A stretch of 64,000 bases of DNA, taken from assembly GCF_009834535.1 (NCBI RefSeq), contig NC_045697.1, forward strand, positions 42,286,001-42,350,000, in the 5' to 3' direction. Under the pieces are notes generated by a model. The model was not told the DNA's origin. It made no database searches and saw only the letters and a program-made list of their open reading frames with translations. Positions 48,897 through 63,550 of the stretch are shown one piece after another; the stretch's first letter is position 1, and each line of letters starts with the position of its first letter. Made by a program: the position numbers and the translations under genes. Source of the DNA: Camelus ferus (taxonomy: Eukaryota).

Positions 48897-50059
48897 TATG
48901 CACACTTTCTCTCGTCTCCCCAGCCTTAGCCTCCCAGACCTGCAGCGGGTAAGGAGAGTTGTCCATTTCTTCACTCTTCCTGCTCTGTCTCCTCCCCATC
49001 TCTCCAAGCTTCCCCAAAGTAGGGAACGGGGAGGAGGAATTAGAACAAAGGTGGCAGAGGTCTCCAGATTAGGCAGGTGTGCTTGCAGTTCTGTCTTGGC
49101 TGACCCCAGCTCGGTATCAGGTCCTCTGTGATGGAGAGCATTCAATTACTGGTTGTTTCACGAGATGCACGGATGTTCTCCAGAGACAGTCCTTGGCCTC
49201 TGTGGGACCTGTGCACTGCATTTGTTCCAAACAGACAACAAACCCCCTCCACGGATTTTTGGCAAATCCCCCAAGCTTCGGCCCCTGGGGGTACCTTCTC
49301 ATTCAGATCATATAGCCAGATTCTCCTCACCCCTGCAGGGGCTGGGTGCTCCTCCATAGCATCCTCTTGGCCTATCCTCCCACACCCTTGCTCTGATAAA
49401 TGCTTCTTCTACCAGCTGTTGCCTGGTCTCCTCCACCTTGGTACTCCAGTCAGTCTCCTGTCTTCATATTCACCAGGAGAATATAATTACCAGGCTCCAT
49501 GTTCACATGTTTCCAATTCCTAGGGGAGAATTCTCCCAAGAATTCTTTCAACTCTCTGCTCCAGTACATACCAGAGTTCCCAAGCCAGCAATGAATGTCG
49601 AGTGCAGCAAACATACAACAAGGATGAGTTTCTCTCTTTCAGACAACTCCAGCATCTGCAAGTGATGCTCTTGATGACTCCTCACATGTTTTGGGGAAGA
49701 GGATGCAGTCCCTCTGATTTGCTTGGAGAGAGGAAGGGAAATACCATAGCACCATCTAGTAATGCTCCTACTTTCCAATAATCTGTCTTTTGAATTTCCA
49801 ATTTCCTCTTGTATAGTTTGGATGTGGGTGATGTAAAATAAGTCACAAACTTACAGTGCTATGTTTTAGAAAGTTCTGTAGAAATATCTAGCAGCTCTGT
49901 TTAGAAGTTGTAAACACCTATTACCGACTACCATTAACTTTGAGGCTTCAGCAGAAATTCTAAGACAAAAGGAGAAGTCCCATTCCCACATTCAGCAACG
50001 CAGCAGTATCTGTGTTCATTTCAGTACAGGAGGAGCTTAGAGTCGAAAGTGGAAAGAGT

Positions 50060-50540
50060 TCCCAGATATAAAGCTGGATAGCTAAGTAAGGGTTAGATCA
50101 TAAAATGTTTTTGTATGCCATGCTACGAAATTTGGACTTTATTTTAAAACATTTTAGAACCAATTGAAAAGTTTTAAGCAGGAAAGTAAAAAGGTCACAT
50201 TTGCGTTGTAACAAGCATCATTTTGGCTGCACAAGAGAGAATGGATTAACTCTCAACAATGCTGGAATCCAAGCAGTTGTGGAAAGTCAAAGCAGTAACC
50301 CAGGCAAGAGGTGATCCTACCTTGAGCTAAGTAAAGATGTCAAGCAGTGGCAGAGGGTGGAGATACTGAGATGGCACAGAACTTCACATTTACACTTTGA
50401 GGAGGCAGATGGGAGAGTCAAAGGTGATGCTCAGTTTGTGCCTGAACACCTGTGCGGATGGGGTTCTACCACTCACCATGACAGAAATTCTGGAAGAGGA
50501 ACCGATTGGGTGTGAAATATGATAAATTCAAACTATGAGA
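50060..50540 (-). mobile_element. L2 fragment
   Basis: gccatgctacgaaatttggactttattttaa...ttttaagcaggaaagt...gagtcaaaggtgatgctcag. Confidence 0.65.
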
Positions 50541-53500
50541 AGAACACCAGCAATATGAGGTCATAGATGACATGTGGCAAAGAAATGGCACATACCCCAG
50601 TGCCATAGAAGTTCAAAGGAAAGGGGGACTCCTTGGGTCTTGCGTGAGCAGAAATGTCCTTGGGAGGACCAGAAATTTGTCTTAGACCTCTAAAATCAGG
50701 AAGGTCAACATGCAGAGAGAAGGGATGAAAACATTAAAGGTAGGGGAATGAAATCAGCTAAATCACAAAATCAGAGGCCCACATGTTGTGGAACTGCTAC
50801 CACACAAATTAGCAGACCCCCAGGTACTTAGCAAACTAGTGGAAATTAACTAAGATCAGACTTCTAAGAGCAGACATACTCAGAATACACAAAACACTGC
50901 GGGAAAGCAATAAAGAACCTAACCTCTCTCCTCTAGGTTATAACATTCTACATAAATAGGATACAGCAGGTTCACTGCATTTTGCCTTACCCTCCCCTTA
51001 AAATAAAGCAAGTCTCTATTTCCTGTCTGGCGAGTTGATGACGTCTACTACAAGAAAGGACATCAGTGCACAGGTAAGCAGGAACAACCTCCTAACTGAG
51101 AAGGGCTGTAAGGCTTTAGAAAATACCCATGCCCAACTAATCTGCCATTATTCTTGGAAAGAAAGAGGGAAGGAAAGAAGAAGAAAGGAGGAAGGAAGGA
51201 GTGGGAAGGAAGAGAGGGAGGAATAAGCAAAGAAGTGAACAAATAAACATATGGAAAAGAAGATAATTTATACTTTAATTTCTTTGGATTACTTAGAAGT
51301 CTTTAACATTGCTTAATGAAGAACGCTTGGAGAATTTAAGTTAATGCAGAATAGTGGTACAAAAGACACTTTGCCATAAATAGAGAGTTGGTTTTATGTC
51401 AAGGAAAGAGGGATAGTGATAAATGGGTCTCTCTCTCTTTCTCTCTCTCTCACTTTCTTTGTCAGTGTTGAACATCCATTCTGTTCCAGGTGATTAACAT
51501 ACATTCATTTAACTTAGTCCATGCAATAACTCCATGGAAGAGATGTTACTATTTGCCAGAAGTGTGATGAGAAATCTGAATGTTGAAGACCAGGAGAAAA
51601 CCTCTGACTGAATCTGGGTAGGATCACATTCACTTTATAAATCAAACAGAACTTTAATGGGGAAGTAATTCTTAAAAATCATTTGTAAATTTGAAATTAT
51701 GACCTATAGAATCTCTGGGATGTTTTTACCAGAGAATGGTATATAGAAGGCAAAGCTAATTTTCCTCCAAATTCAATCAGATCCTTTTTGACTTCTATAT
51801 GAAGAACATTAACCTACAAAGCATTGACTTTTTAAAAGCGCAACCAATATAAAAATCAGAATATGGCACTATGAGCAGAGATATTTTATTCCCTTTCCCC
51901 TGTGGACTTTTTATTAATTCCACTAATCATAAAAATAAAAAGGAATCCTACTGGTTACATCCAGCACCTTATAATACTTTTTCACAATGTCAAACGATGC
52001 TTTCCATGGGAATCCAGATTATTCCATGGAAATGGAATAATAAGGTAGACAGCAGAAGTCTATTATATGTATCTAAAAAGAAAGAAGCAGAGTTCCCATA
52101 TGATACTGATACAGTAACCCCAGTAAATCCAATTACTTGAGACAATCAGTTTCTAAATTGGCTACCAGCCCCAGCTAGGATTAAGAGTTTGTTGACAATC
52201 CAAGTTTTTTATCTAAAGTTCCCTGCAGGGCATCCCTGCTAATGGACTAATCAGACTTGTTAGGCCACAATGACAACTACATTTAGACAACACTGGATTT
52301 CCCCTGCGCCTCCACTGTATATGAACTTAGTGAAAACAGGAATATAGAGTTAGGGGGAAATCAGATGGACAAATACTACAATATAGTCAGTACATCTGCT
52401 TTCATTTTTTTTTTAATGTTACTGATTTTATTGATTTTCTTGCTAAATAATCTTAGACAACCTGCTCACTTAACCACATTGAACCACATCTTTCCAATAC
52501 AAAAAATATAGACAATTAATGCTAGTATGTGACATTTCACAAGAATTGAAAATTCTGTTTAAAAAATTCTAAACCATCCAGAAGGAACCTTTATCAAGAC
52601 AGCATATATCAGTTGAAAGAAAGAAAGTCACATGTCTTCCAATTGCTGTTAAAGACAATTGCTGTTAAAGAACAGGTTTTACATGATGACTTAAAATATA
52701 CTCAAGTCCAAATATATTAAAAACAACAACAAAGTAATAAAAACAATAGGTGATTATTGTAATTATTTCAGACGGTAAGTAAGCATATTAGATAGAGATC
52801 CATATTAAGTTCTTCCTGCCATCTTTTAAGTAAGTATCTTCTAAACTATTTCTAATCAATAAAAATATTTTCCAGGAAAAAATTCCATGTGAAGAATTCC
52901 TTATAGTACTGAAGAGATAACCTCGCAGATACAAATATTTACAAATGAGGAAACATGAGTAAAGCTATTAACATCTTGTCTAAAATTACATAGCTAGTAA
53001 GTAACAGAGCCTACGCTTTTATCACTACCAGAAATGAGTAAGAGATCCTTGAAAGTTACAATTTATCTAAAGGGAGTGAACATTCCCAATTTTTCTACAT
53101 AACAGGAATAATTTTTTATTCATTCTAATGTCTCATCTAAAGAAGTTCACATTGTTTAAATATGACATCCATGCTTGTTAAAAGCAGCTGTCTAAGAGGT
53201 CTTAATTTGTGAGTTTTTAGAAGAGGCTACATGTGTAAATGACTTAAATGTGGGAACCATTTTCAACCTGGCATCCATTTTTGAAATTACACTGTAAAGA
53301 AGCATATGTGCCAACTGTCTCTGTTAAGAGAACATAAAATAGGAAAATATCCTTTAAATGCTGAGAAATCTGGCAAAGATTCCTGGTGAGTCATAGACAA
53401 TTGGGTGTGAATATTGCTGGTGGTTCACAAATGGTAAAGGCTTAGGAGTATACTGCCAGATGGGCAAAATAAGTAAAAAGAAGCAAAACCAGCAAGACCA

Positions 53501-54784
53501 TAAGTGGTAAACTATGTTCAGGAGATGGACTCTTGCCCCAGAATTAAGGATCGGTATATAGTACTCATAACATTTTGGAGGAATCATCTGTTGAGATACG
53601 TACCATAGGAGAAATTACATCAGCTAAAACCTGGGAGTAGGCACTAAAACACATGGCATAACTAAAGGTTAAAAAGGAAATTCTGATAAAAACGACTGTG
53701 TAAGAATAGCTCTCAAGAAAACATTTGCACCATTGAAGTCAATGCCCAGGGTCTTCCTTGAAAAAGAAACAAACAAATAAAAAAAGGATTGCTTTTTATT
53801 TTATTTTATATTGCTATTTTAGAAGCACAAGATAAACATAAGAGCACTGGGTTTCTTTTAATGAGCTACTTTTATGTACTGGGCACTTGAGTTAAATGGA
53901 TACCACTGGAAACACTTGACACCAGGGACCCAGATTTCAGTGTAACAACTTGAAGTGGTTCTAAATAAGATCAAACATAACTTACTGAAAGAAGCCAAGA
54001 AGCAAAAGAGGTTTTTCAAAGACAATACCCAACGTCATGAATGGTTTTCAGACAATCTAAAGAAAACGCCATACCAATCAGAAGCTAGCTACTCAATTCC
54101 AATTTTTAATGTAACAGGCAGCAGATAAGGAAATAGTAATTTCTTAATTTTTGGAGAAGAATTGAATATTCTCAGTATCAACCTGAGGGACAAAATAAAT
54201 TTATGGAATAATAAACCTTATTTTTTACATAGACTATCACAAACTACTAGATTTAAGGGAATTTTCGTAACAAACCAAATGTCCAGTTAAAAAAATCACA
54301 TGCTCTCACTTCTTTACATTAGGAAATCGGTTCCCTGAAGGAAAAGGTTCTTTTCACCTCTGCATTCCCAAATAGCTGGGACAGTATCTGACTGAGGTGT
54401 CATTCATTTAATGTTTGTTAAATAGGTCATTGAATTCGTTCCAATAAAGAGAATGATTTTATACAATCTAGCAATATATTCTGATAATTACACTAGCTCA
54501 ATTTCATAAAAGCATTTTATAAACGTAGTTTGGTTTTTACTAAAATATGACATGTCACCAAAATTTCATCTCTAATAGAGAGGACTTTATTTATTGGTAA
54601 CATCTAGTAAGGACTTCCTTGTACCAAGCACTCTTGTAGGTTCTGGGAAGTTATAAATGAAAGACTTAGAATTTAGGGAGTTCCCACTTCCCAAACACAT
54701 TACACTGTGAACAACAATAATAATAAAATAAAAACAAGAAGAAGAAAGAGAAGGAGAAATAAACAAGAAGGAGGAGGAAGAGGA

Positions 54785-55010
54785 GAAACATTTACTTTTC
54801 CAAACACTGTTTGCAGTATGTTAACTCATTTAATCCTGAAAATAATCCCATGAGATAGATTATCATAATAATTCTATTTTTCAGATGAACAAACCGAGAG
54901 ACAGAGAGTTTCAGCAACTTGCCCAAGAGTTGGTAATAGTAAAATTAAATCCAAAGGTGTCTACTTCCAGAGGCCAAGTGCTTAAATTAACTATTCTGCT
55001 ACACTGCCTC
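54785..55010 (-). mobile_element. MIR
   Basis: aactcatttaatcctgaaaataatcccatgagatagattatc...tttttcagatgaacaaaccgagagacagagag...acttgcccaag. Confidence 0.75.
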
Positions 55011-56331
55011 CCAAACACCTGAACAAAGAATACAAGAGTACAAGAAGTGCCAATTACAAGAGGCACTGGATGGTTGAAAGCATGAAAAAAGTATCCTAAA
55101 CTGACCTGAGGGATCAAGGAAGGTGATATCTGCACTTAGCTTTGAAAAGTGCATCAAGTTTGCCAGACAGAGGATGGGGAAAGAGGGGTGCAGGCTGTGA
55201 TACATAATAGGAAAGGCTGAGCTTCAGTTGGTTTATTAAAGAGGAGATGAAGACAGTTCTCCCTTTTTCCTTACCATCCACAAACACATATAAATATCAT
55301 GTTTCCTCTAATTTAAGGCACTATCAATTGTAAAGTACACCTAGGTTTATCACTACAGAATGCGGGAAGGATGTGCATCTTTAAATCAGTAACACACACA
55401 ACATGCAGGCCTCCATTAACAATGAAGTGTCACAGCAGTATGGGAGCCTTCTGCTCTTGCAGTCTGGCTGCTGGGTTCCATCTTCATGCACACAGAGAAA
55501 AAACTTAATGGAAAGCTTATTACGTTTCATTTGTATGTTTTACTTACTTAATTGTCCTCATCCTAGTTAAAAATTATGTAAGTTTATAAAAGTGTCTGCC
55601 ATATAAGATTTTTTTAATAGAAAGAGAGATAAAGATAGAATGAAGAATTGTTAAAAGTGGAAAACAAATCTGGATCTGAGATTGTTAATGATTGATCCAG
55701 TAAGGGAAACCCAATTTGTTACTAAAAAGACTATTTTCCTTGCATGAAAACAACCAGTAATTGTCAAGAAGCAAACTTATCCACATCCCCCAAGCCCTAC
55801 GATGAATTTCTCCGCTGAATTCTTACAAAGAATAATCCCAATAGAAAGTAAATTCTGAAAGTTATTTCTTAAAACATCTTTCAGTACAGGCTAATGGTAT
55901 ACTACACACTGCAGTTTAGTAAAAGCAATTCAAGAAGGGTATAAAACAACCCACTCTAAAATACGGATCTCTCTGATAATCTAAGTCAGGGATAAACTTT
56001 CATGTCTAAAATGGGGACTGGATGGATTGCATATCACTCAAGTAATCATGAGGCTAGGAAGATGGCTAGTCTCAACTTCCAAAAAGCACTGCATGGCATT
56101 AAAATCAAGATAATACTCTCCGACAAATACTTTGACTACAACTATTGTATTTTTCCAATCAGCTCACCCAACTGAAAGTTTAATATCATTCTAGAAATGT
56201 GAAGAAACTTAATCACAACATATATATAAGTAAGTGTGCTCTTAGAAATATTTAACCACTAATAGTGTAGAATAAGATATCGACCATAGTGTGGAATATG
56301 TCCCAGTAGCCCCTCTCTATTAAGCCAAACC

Positions 56332-57964
56332 TTTTTTTTAATTGAAATATAATTGACTTACAGTATTGTATCATTTGCAGGTGTACAACATAGTAATTTG
56401 ATATTTTCATAGACTATATGCCATACAAAGTCTATTTGCTGTGCTATAAATTATATTCTTGTAACTTATTTATTTTATACCTAGCAGTTTGTACCTCTTA
56501 ATCCCCTTTACCTATTCTGACCCTTCCCCCGCCCCCTCCCCTTTGGTAAGAACCATTAGTTTGTTCTCTGTATCTGTGAGTCTGTTTCTGTTTTGTTATA
56601 TTTATTCATCTGTTTTATTTTTAGATCCTGCATCTATGTAAAAATATACAGTATTTTTCTTTCTCTGTCTGACTTATTTCACCAGCATAACACCTTCCAA
56701 GTCCATCCATGTTGTAGAAAATGGCAAAATTTCATTCTTTTATGGCTGAGTAATATTCCATTTTGTGTGTGTGTGTGTGTGTGTGTGTTTACACCACATC
56801 TTCTTTATCCATTTATCTGTTGATGGACACTTAGGTTGATTTCATATCTTGGCTATTGTAAGTAATGCTGCTATGAACATTGAGGTGCATATATCTTTTC
56901 ATATTAGTGTTTTTGTTCTTCTGATAAATACTCAGGAATAGAATGCCTGGATAGTATGGTAGTTCTGTTTTTAATTTTTTGAGGAACCTCCATACTGTTT
57001 TCCATAGTGCCTGTGCCAATTTACATTCCCAGCCAACAGTGCACAAGGGTTCGCTTTTCTCCACATCCTCGCCAACACTTACTGTTTCTTTTCTGTTGTT
57101 GTTAATAGCCACTCTGACTGGTGGAAGGTGATATCTCATTATGGTTTTAATTTGCATTTACGTGATGATGAGTAACGTTCAGTATTTTCTCATAGGTCTA
57201 TTGGCCATCTGTGTGTCTTCTTTGGAGAAATGCCTATTCAGGTCTTCTGCCTGTTTTAAATCAGGTTGTTTGCCTTTTTGATATTGAGTATCATAAGTTC
57301 TTTATATATTTTGGATACCAACTCTCATCAGATATATCATATGCAAATATTTTCTCCCATTCAATAGATTGTCTTTTTATTTGTTGATGGTTTTCTTCAT
57401 TGTGCAAAAGCTTTTTAGTCTGATGTAGTCCCATTTGTTTATTTTTGCTTTTATTGCCCTTGCCTGGGGAGACAGATGCAAAAAAAATATTGCGAAGACC
57501 AATAGCAAAGTGTATTACCTATGTTTTATTCTAGGAGTTTTATGGTTTTGGGTCTTGCACTTAAGTCTTTAATCCATTTTGAGTTTATTTTTGTATGTAG
57601 TGTAAGAAAATATTCTGGTTTCATTATTTTTATATGCAGTATTCCAGTTTTCACAACACCATTTATTGAAGAGACTGTGTTTTCCCTATTGTATATCCTT
57701 GCCTTCTTTATTGTAGATTAATTGACCATAAGTATATGAGTTTATCTCTGGGCTGGCCATTCTGTTCCATTGGTCTATGTGTCTGTTTTTGTGCCACCAC
57801 CATGTGCTTTGATTTCTGTAACTTTGTACTGCAGTCTGAAGTCAGGGAGCATGATATCTTCAGCTTTGTCCTTTCTTCTCAAGATTGCTTTGACTATCCA
57901 GGGTCTTTTGTGGACCCATATAAACTTTAGGATTCTTTTTCCTAGTTCTGTGAAAAATGTCCAG
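56332..57964 (-). mobile_element. 5'-truncated L1 (ORF2 C-terminus plus 3' UTR)
   Basis: ORFs 56831..57157 (MQIKTIMRYHL...[12 protein letters not shown]) and 57775..57984 ([14 protein letters not shown]...LPDFRLQYK). Confidence 0.93.
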
Positions 57965-60713
57965 ATCTTGACCCTTAAACTCATAGATTATAAGTAGGTA
58001 TAGAGACCTCCTGAAATGAGGGGCTGAGGTGACTGGGGAAGGTGGGGAAGCTCTCAGTTTGTAACTACATCAACAAACTACAGCATGAAAATCTATACAG
58101 GTGAACATAAACGGAAGATTAAACTAGATAAGCAGGCTTCACAACCCACTGCAAATAAAAATAATACTCAATCCTGAATTCCTACAAGAAAATGAAGTAT
58201 CTCTTAGTCATTGGTTGTTTAATTGGCAGGACAAAAAAATAAAATCATGACAGTAATCTAAAGAATGTTTTTATACTTGAGTAATGATACGATAACAACC
58301 TATGATGTTGGCTAAGATAATGTGTTACCTTGCATATTCTCTAATTACAAAACCCTGTATAAGGCAAGAAACATTTAATAGTCTCCTCTGCCACTGTTGC
58401 CAATTCTCCCAGCAGCACCAAGGCTCTAGGATTCTTTTGGGAGCATCTTGGAAATGTGATTAGCAAGAGCAGTAACATAATCTTTCTACTTTGAAGTGCA
58501 ATCATGGTCAGAAGCAGTGGTTTCCTTCTAATAGTAATACTTCCCTATCTTGGACATCTTACTACTCTGCTAATTTGTCCTGGTTTGTGATATTTGTACC
58601 ATATCTTTAACATAAAGTAGCGATGAAAGATGTCTTTTTTAAAATAAGCAAAGGAATAACAAATAGGATCTATTACAACTTTTAAAATCCTTAAGCTATT
58701 TATGTTATAGAAAGCAGCCTTAAGCCACCTCTGCATGATCCTGTCGCAATAACATAACTGACACTACTTAGGAAATGCTTTACGAACACAAATGAAAACA
58801 TTCCTTGTAGTCCTAAACCCTATGTCTTTAAAAATATTAAAAAGTCTCAAAAAAGCTAACATTAATAGGAAATACTGCACATTCTAAAAAGTTATCAGTG
58901 AAATGGAAAGTCACCTAAGAAGACCAGCAACTCCCAAAAAAGACTCCCAAGGTAGTTGTTTTTCATCAGAAATTCATTGCAGGCATAAACCATGCAAGAG
59001 AGATACCTGAATTTGTGACCACAAATAAGAATAATAAAGTTCTCAAGGGAAGATCATATCAAATAATATCTCAGATACTGGAATGAAATTTTGATCTAAT
59101 CAGAAATGTTTTTCCCTATAAGAACCTACATAATAATACCAATTATCACAAACTTGTATAGGTTCAGAACAAGGAGTGTTAGCTGATAAGATACAATGCT
59201 CAATGAAAGGATAAACTTGTCACCATTATTTCTTCACGACCCCACCCAACATGTATTTAGCGGATGCGTACTATGTGCCAGTAAACAAGAAATAAAGAGT
59301 CCCTGCTCACATGGACCTTATATTTGGCCAAGCCATTCTCACCACGGGATAGTGCTTATATGAGCACTGTCCACACTGGCTGTTCTGATGTCCCACACCA
59401 GTGCACTCAAGTGATGCCCACCATCACTGTCTCCTGTTCTCCAAACTGAGCACAAAATCATAGGTGACATTTCCTCTCCCCAGTTGCAGCCTCATTCCCC
59501 TACTTTCTCCTATAAAGAAATAGTCTTCCAGTTCATCTTTGTTGGTGTTTTAGTTGTTCACTTACTCGTTGGTGACATATTTGTTCTTACAGATAACCAC
59601 ATTTATTGTGTTTGGGATTGATTAGTTTAACTCTCAGAACACAATCTAAATTTCCGAGTTCTTGGAAGATACTTCATTGGGTTCCCCCATCCTGGCAACA
59701 AGAATGAGTTCAGTTTTCTACACTATATAAATTAACCATATATTTGTGCTTTATCTTGTCATCATCTCTATCACCCTTCAGAAATATTAGACTATAGTTT
59801 TCATTTTATTAAAGAAAAAAAGTAGGGATTCTCTTTTCAGGGATTAAACTACATACCATTTGCCACAGTTTAGTTGCAAAGAAACTTTCAATCTTGGATA
59901 ATAGCTGTATTCTGAATTCTTTCTCAGTGTGCCTGCAGGATCACAGCGGGAGGCTGAATATCACTGAATCTGAAAACAGTTTCCATGTTAAGGGGCCTAT
60001 AGCATGCATGGAGAGTCTTGAAATCATCTCTTCTTGAATAATATCACTTGGTTATGGCTGGAAGCCTTCATGTGTTCCTTACAAAATTGTGTTCATATGG
60101 GCAGGCATTTATATTGTGCAACCTAATCGTTACTGCTGGTTTGATGGCTCAGCTGACAGAGGTAATATGCCTATAAATACAGCCTGATTGCACTACCCCT
60201 GACTGCCTTCACCACAGCACTCTGCAACGATTCATCATTTCCCTTTCAAAAGAGGGTCTCTGCTACTTTGTTTTGATATGATCTTAAAAGTCTGACTATT
60301 TTCCAGAAGACCAGGAGTAGAGATTCAAATTATCCTTTTGATAGTAAATGACCAGTCTTAAAAAGGTCTGTAGTTACTGTAACTGATAGTGGGGAAAAAA
60401 AAGAAAAGAAAAACAAACAAACAAACAAAAAACCAGTCTTAACAATATGAAAGAGCTTTTCTGCTGAGAGAGACTGTGCTTTCTCTCCATATTTGAAAGA
60501 TTAATGTTTCTTACTGCAAGTCTAGTTCTTAAGCTATATATTCAAGGAAATGACACTGGAAAGTACGATGGTACAAGGTAGTCATTTTCATCTGTGATCA
60601 GAATTATCTTAGGGGTTCCTTAGGGAAGGGAGGAATTAGTGGATTTTATCAGGTCTGGCTAGAGCCCCCAAATTCAGCCATATCCCCACATCAACTAGGG
60701 AAGCACTGCCTTC

Positions 60714-61275
60714 AGCAGCGTATCTGTCTTGAAGTAAATGAAGCTAAGCTTCAAGGACCCTCACTTGCACAGACCCTTCCAAGATCAAGTTCCCTAGCAA
60801 TGTTTTCACCTGGTTGTATGTCCTGTAACACTTGCAAAAGTAAAAAACAAATAAACAAACACAATTAGTTAAGGCCACTGTCTCTTTCCATTCTAATTTC
60901 CCCGGACATTAGGTGGTACTAGAGTGGTCACAGGCACTTTGTGGGGTGAAGAGAAATTTGGAGACAGATTTTGCTTAGGTGTAGCAGGATCTATTATAAG
61001 CATCACAGTCATGCCTGTGTATTGTTGAGTTATCACTAGCTACCCTAGTGCAGGGATGGCTTCCAGGTATGCTCCCATCATCACTGTGCCAACTCAACTA
61101 GCATCATGACACAAAGGTGTAGGGCCAGAGGTGGTACAGTAATGTGAGCATGTCTCATGGAAGGCACCAAGGTTCGAAACGTGTAAGCGAGAAGTTAGCT
61201 TGTATAAAATTTCTTCGATCATTAGACATATAAAAACATAAGCAGACTGTTCAGTTCTCATCTATGCTTAGTCGA
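60714..61275 (+). mobile_element. MER115/Zaphod-like hAT-Tip100 DNA transposon fragment
   Basis: aatgaagctaagcttcaaggaccctcacttgcacagacccttccaag...ctgtctctttcca...catcatgacacaaaggtgtagggccagagg matches the MER115 consensus as I recall it. Confidence 0.75.
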
Positions 61276-61484
61276 TGGTAGGCTTTACACTTGGAGAGAG
61301 AGGGAGGAGAGAGACAATAAATAAACAAACAAACAAGTCTATAAGTATAAAATCAGATATGGATACTTCTAAATAAATAAAGCATGGAACAATAGTAAGG
61401 TTGAACTTTTAATAAGGATGGCCAGGAAAATAAGGTATCATTTGATCCACTACTTCATAAAAATGATATGCAGTACACCAAGTG

Positions 61485-62238
61485 TCAGTATTTATTTACT
61501 GCTAACTATGAGTTAGACAGTACTGATGCAGCTGTGACCTGTGTACAGATAGTCCCTGCCCTAGAATAAACGGTTTTACAGCCAGTAAATAAGCAGTTGC
61601 AACAAGCTGTATACTGTACTATGATGGAAGGAACAATTTAAGGAGCCCTTTACCTAACTTAAAAGGTGATGAAATTCTTCCTCATAAAAAAAATTATGCC
61701 AAAATATAAAAAATGAGTAGGAGTTATCAAAAGTGAGGGGAAAGGGAGGGATGAGACTTCTCCAAGTATAAAGAACAAGATGCAAATGGACAGAGACTGG
61801 AGAAAATATGTTCTGTGCAGGGAACTGAAAATGCTCTAGCAAAAAGCCTAAGACAAAAAATGAGATTGGAAAGAAAAGTAGACTCCATTCAGGTAAAAGC
61901 TTCCTTAATCATGAAAAAGATTTTGGACTCCTAAAGGGTTTTCAGCAGAGATAAGTGAAGCTATAATCATAAGTATTACATTAAAAAAATTACTCTAGCT
62001 GTCATGTGGAAGAAAGGGTAGAAGAGAGAAATACTGGAGAGAAAAAAATCAGCAAGAAAGTTATTGTTAATACATAGGAGAAAAAATAATGATGGTCAAA
62101 AGTTGGGAAGTAGCAGTGAAGATTCTTAGAAATGGATAACTTTGAAAGAGATTTAGGAAACAGAATCAATGGTGACTACTTGAAACTAGAGGGTAAATAG
62201 TAATGAAGGACAATGTTCAGATCACTGGCTTGAGTAAC
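61485..62238 (-). mobile_element. L2 fragment (resumes after 63550)
   Basis: tatttatttactgctaactatg...attactctagctgtcatgtggaag...tttaggaaacagaatcaatggtgact. Confidence 0.65.
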
Positions 62239-62239
62239 C

Positions 62240-63550
62240 TGTTGTGCCTGATCTGTGCTCCCCCCAAATTTAAATATTAATATTCTAACCTCTAGGACCT
62301 CAGAATGTGCTGTACTTGGAGTCAAGGCCTTTAAAGAGGTAATTAAGTTAAAATGAGGTCATCATACAAATGGCCAATAGGCACATTAAAAAAATGATCA
62401 ATATTGCTAATTATCAGAGAAACGTAATTCAAAACTGCAATGAGGTATCACCTCATACCAGTCCGAATGGCCATCATTCAAAAGTCCACAAATGATAAAT
62501 GCTGGAGAGGGTGTGGAGAAAAGGGAACCCTCCTACACTGTTGGTGGGAATGGAGTTTGGTGCAGCCATTATGGAAAACAGTATGGAGATTCCTCAGAAG
62601 ACTAAAAATAGACTTAACATATGATCCAGCAATCCCACTCCTGGGCATATATCTAGCGGGAACTCTTAATTCAAAAATATACATGCACCCCAATGTTCAC
62701 AGAAGCACTATGTACAATAGCCAAGACATGGAAGCAACCTAAATGTCCTTTGATAGATGACTGGATAAAGTAGTTGTGCTATATTTATACAATGGAATAC
62801 TACTTAGTCATAAAAGAGAATAAAATAATTCCATTTGCAGCAAGGTTGATGGACCTGGAGATTGTCATACTAAGTGAATTAAGGCAGAAAGAGAAGGAAA
62901 AACACCATATGATATCACTCATATGTAGAATCTAAAAAAAAACAGAAAAAAAAGAGGACACTAATGAACTCATCTACAAAACAGAAACAGACTCTCAGAC
63001 ATGGTAAACAGTCTTATGGCTATGAGGGAGAAAAGGGGTGGGAAGGGATAAATGTGGGAGTTTGAGATTTGCAAATGTTAACCACTATATATAAAAATAG
63101 ATTTAAAAAATTTCTTCTGTATAACATAGGGAACTATATTCAATATTTTTAATAACCTTTAATGAAAAAGAATATGAAAATGAATATATGTATATATATG
63201 CATGACTGGGATATTATGCTGTACACCAGAAATTTACATGTCATAACTGACTATACGTCAATAATAAATAAATAAATAAAATGAGGTCATTACTGCGAGT
63301 GCTAATCCAATATAACTGGTGTTCTCATAAGAAGAAGAGATTAGGCCACAGTCACACAGGGAAAACCACCTGAAGACCAAGGGAGACGATGGTCATGTAC
63401 AAGCCAACAAGAGAAGCCTCAGAAGAACCAACCCTGCTGGCAACTCGATCTCAGACTTCTAGTCTCCAGAATTGTGAGAAAGTAATTTCTGTGGCTTAAA
63501 CCACCCAGTCTGTGGTGCTTTATTATAAGCAGCCCTGATAAGCTGATACA
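62240..63550 (+). mobile_element. MLT1B-like LTR split by an L1 insertion
   Basis: 5' half 62240-62362 (acctcagaatgtg...ctttaaagaggtaattaagttaaaatgaggtcat). 3' half 63277-63550 (gatctcagacttctagtctccagaattgtgagaa). Confidence 0.85.
62363..63276 (+). mobile_element. 5'-truncated L1 with a 14-bp TSD
   Basis: ORF 62440..62742 [16 protein letters not shown]...[17 protein letters not shown] (ORF2 cysteine-rich end). TAAAATGAGGTCAT at 62349-62362 and 63277-63290. Confidence 0.95.

Noticed and set aside
48819..49778. Dense cluster of overlapping ORFs
   Set aside because: ORFs on both strands with no recognisable protein. Explained by locally higher GC; possibly an old LTR I cannot name.
52765..52781. 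tttcag-ACG-gtaagt possible 3-nt microexon
   Set aside because: No upstream pyrimidine tract and no host gene evidence.
55295..55400. Possible short Tigger-derived MITE
   Set aside because: The inverted ends are too degenerate to call from the sequence alone.
59857..59969. Minus-strand exon-like unit (ttttcag...ATG|gtatgt)
   Set aside because: Stops in all three frames and no supporting neighbours. At most a non-coding or 5' UTR exon.
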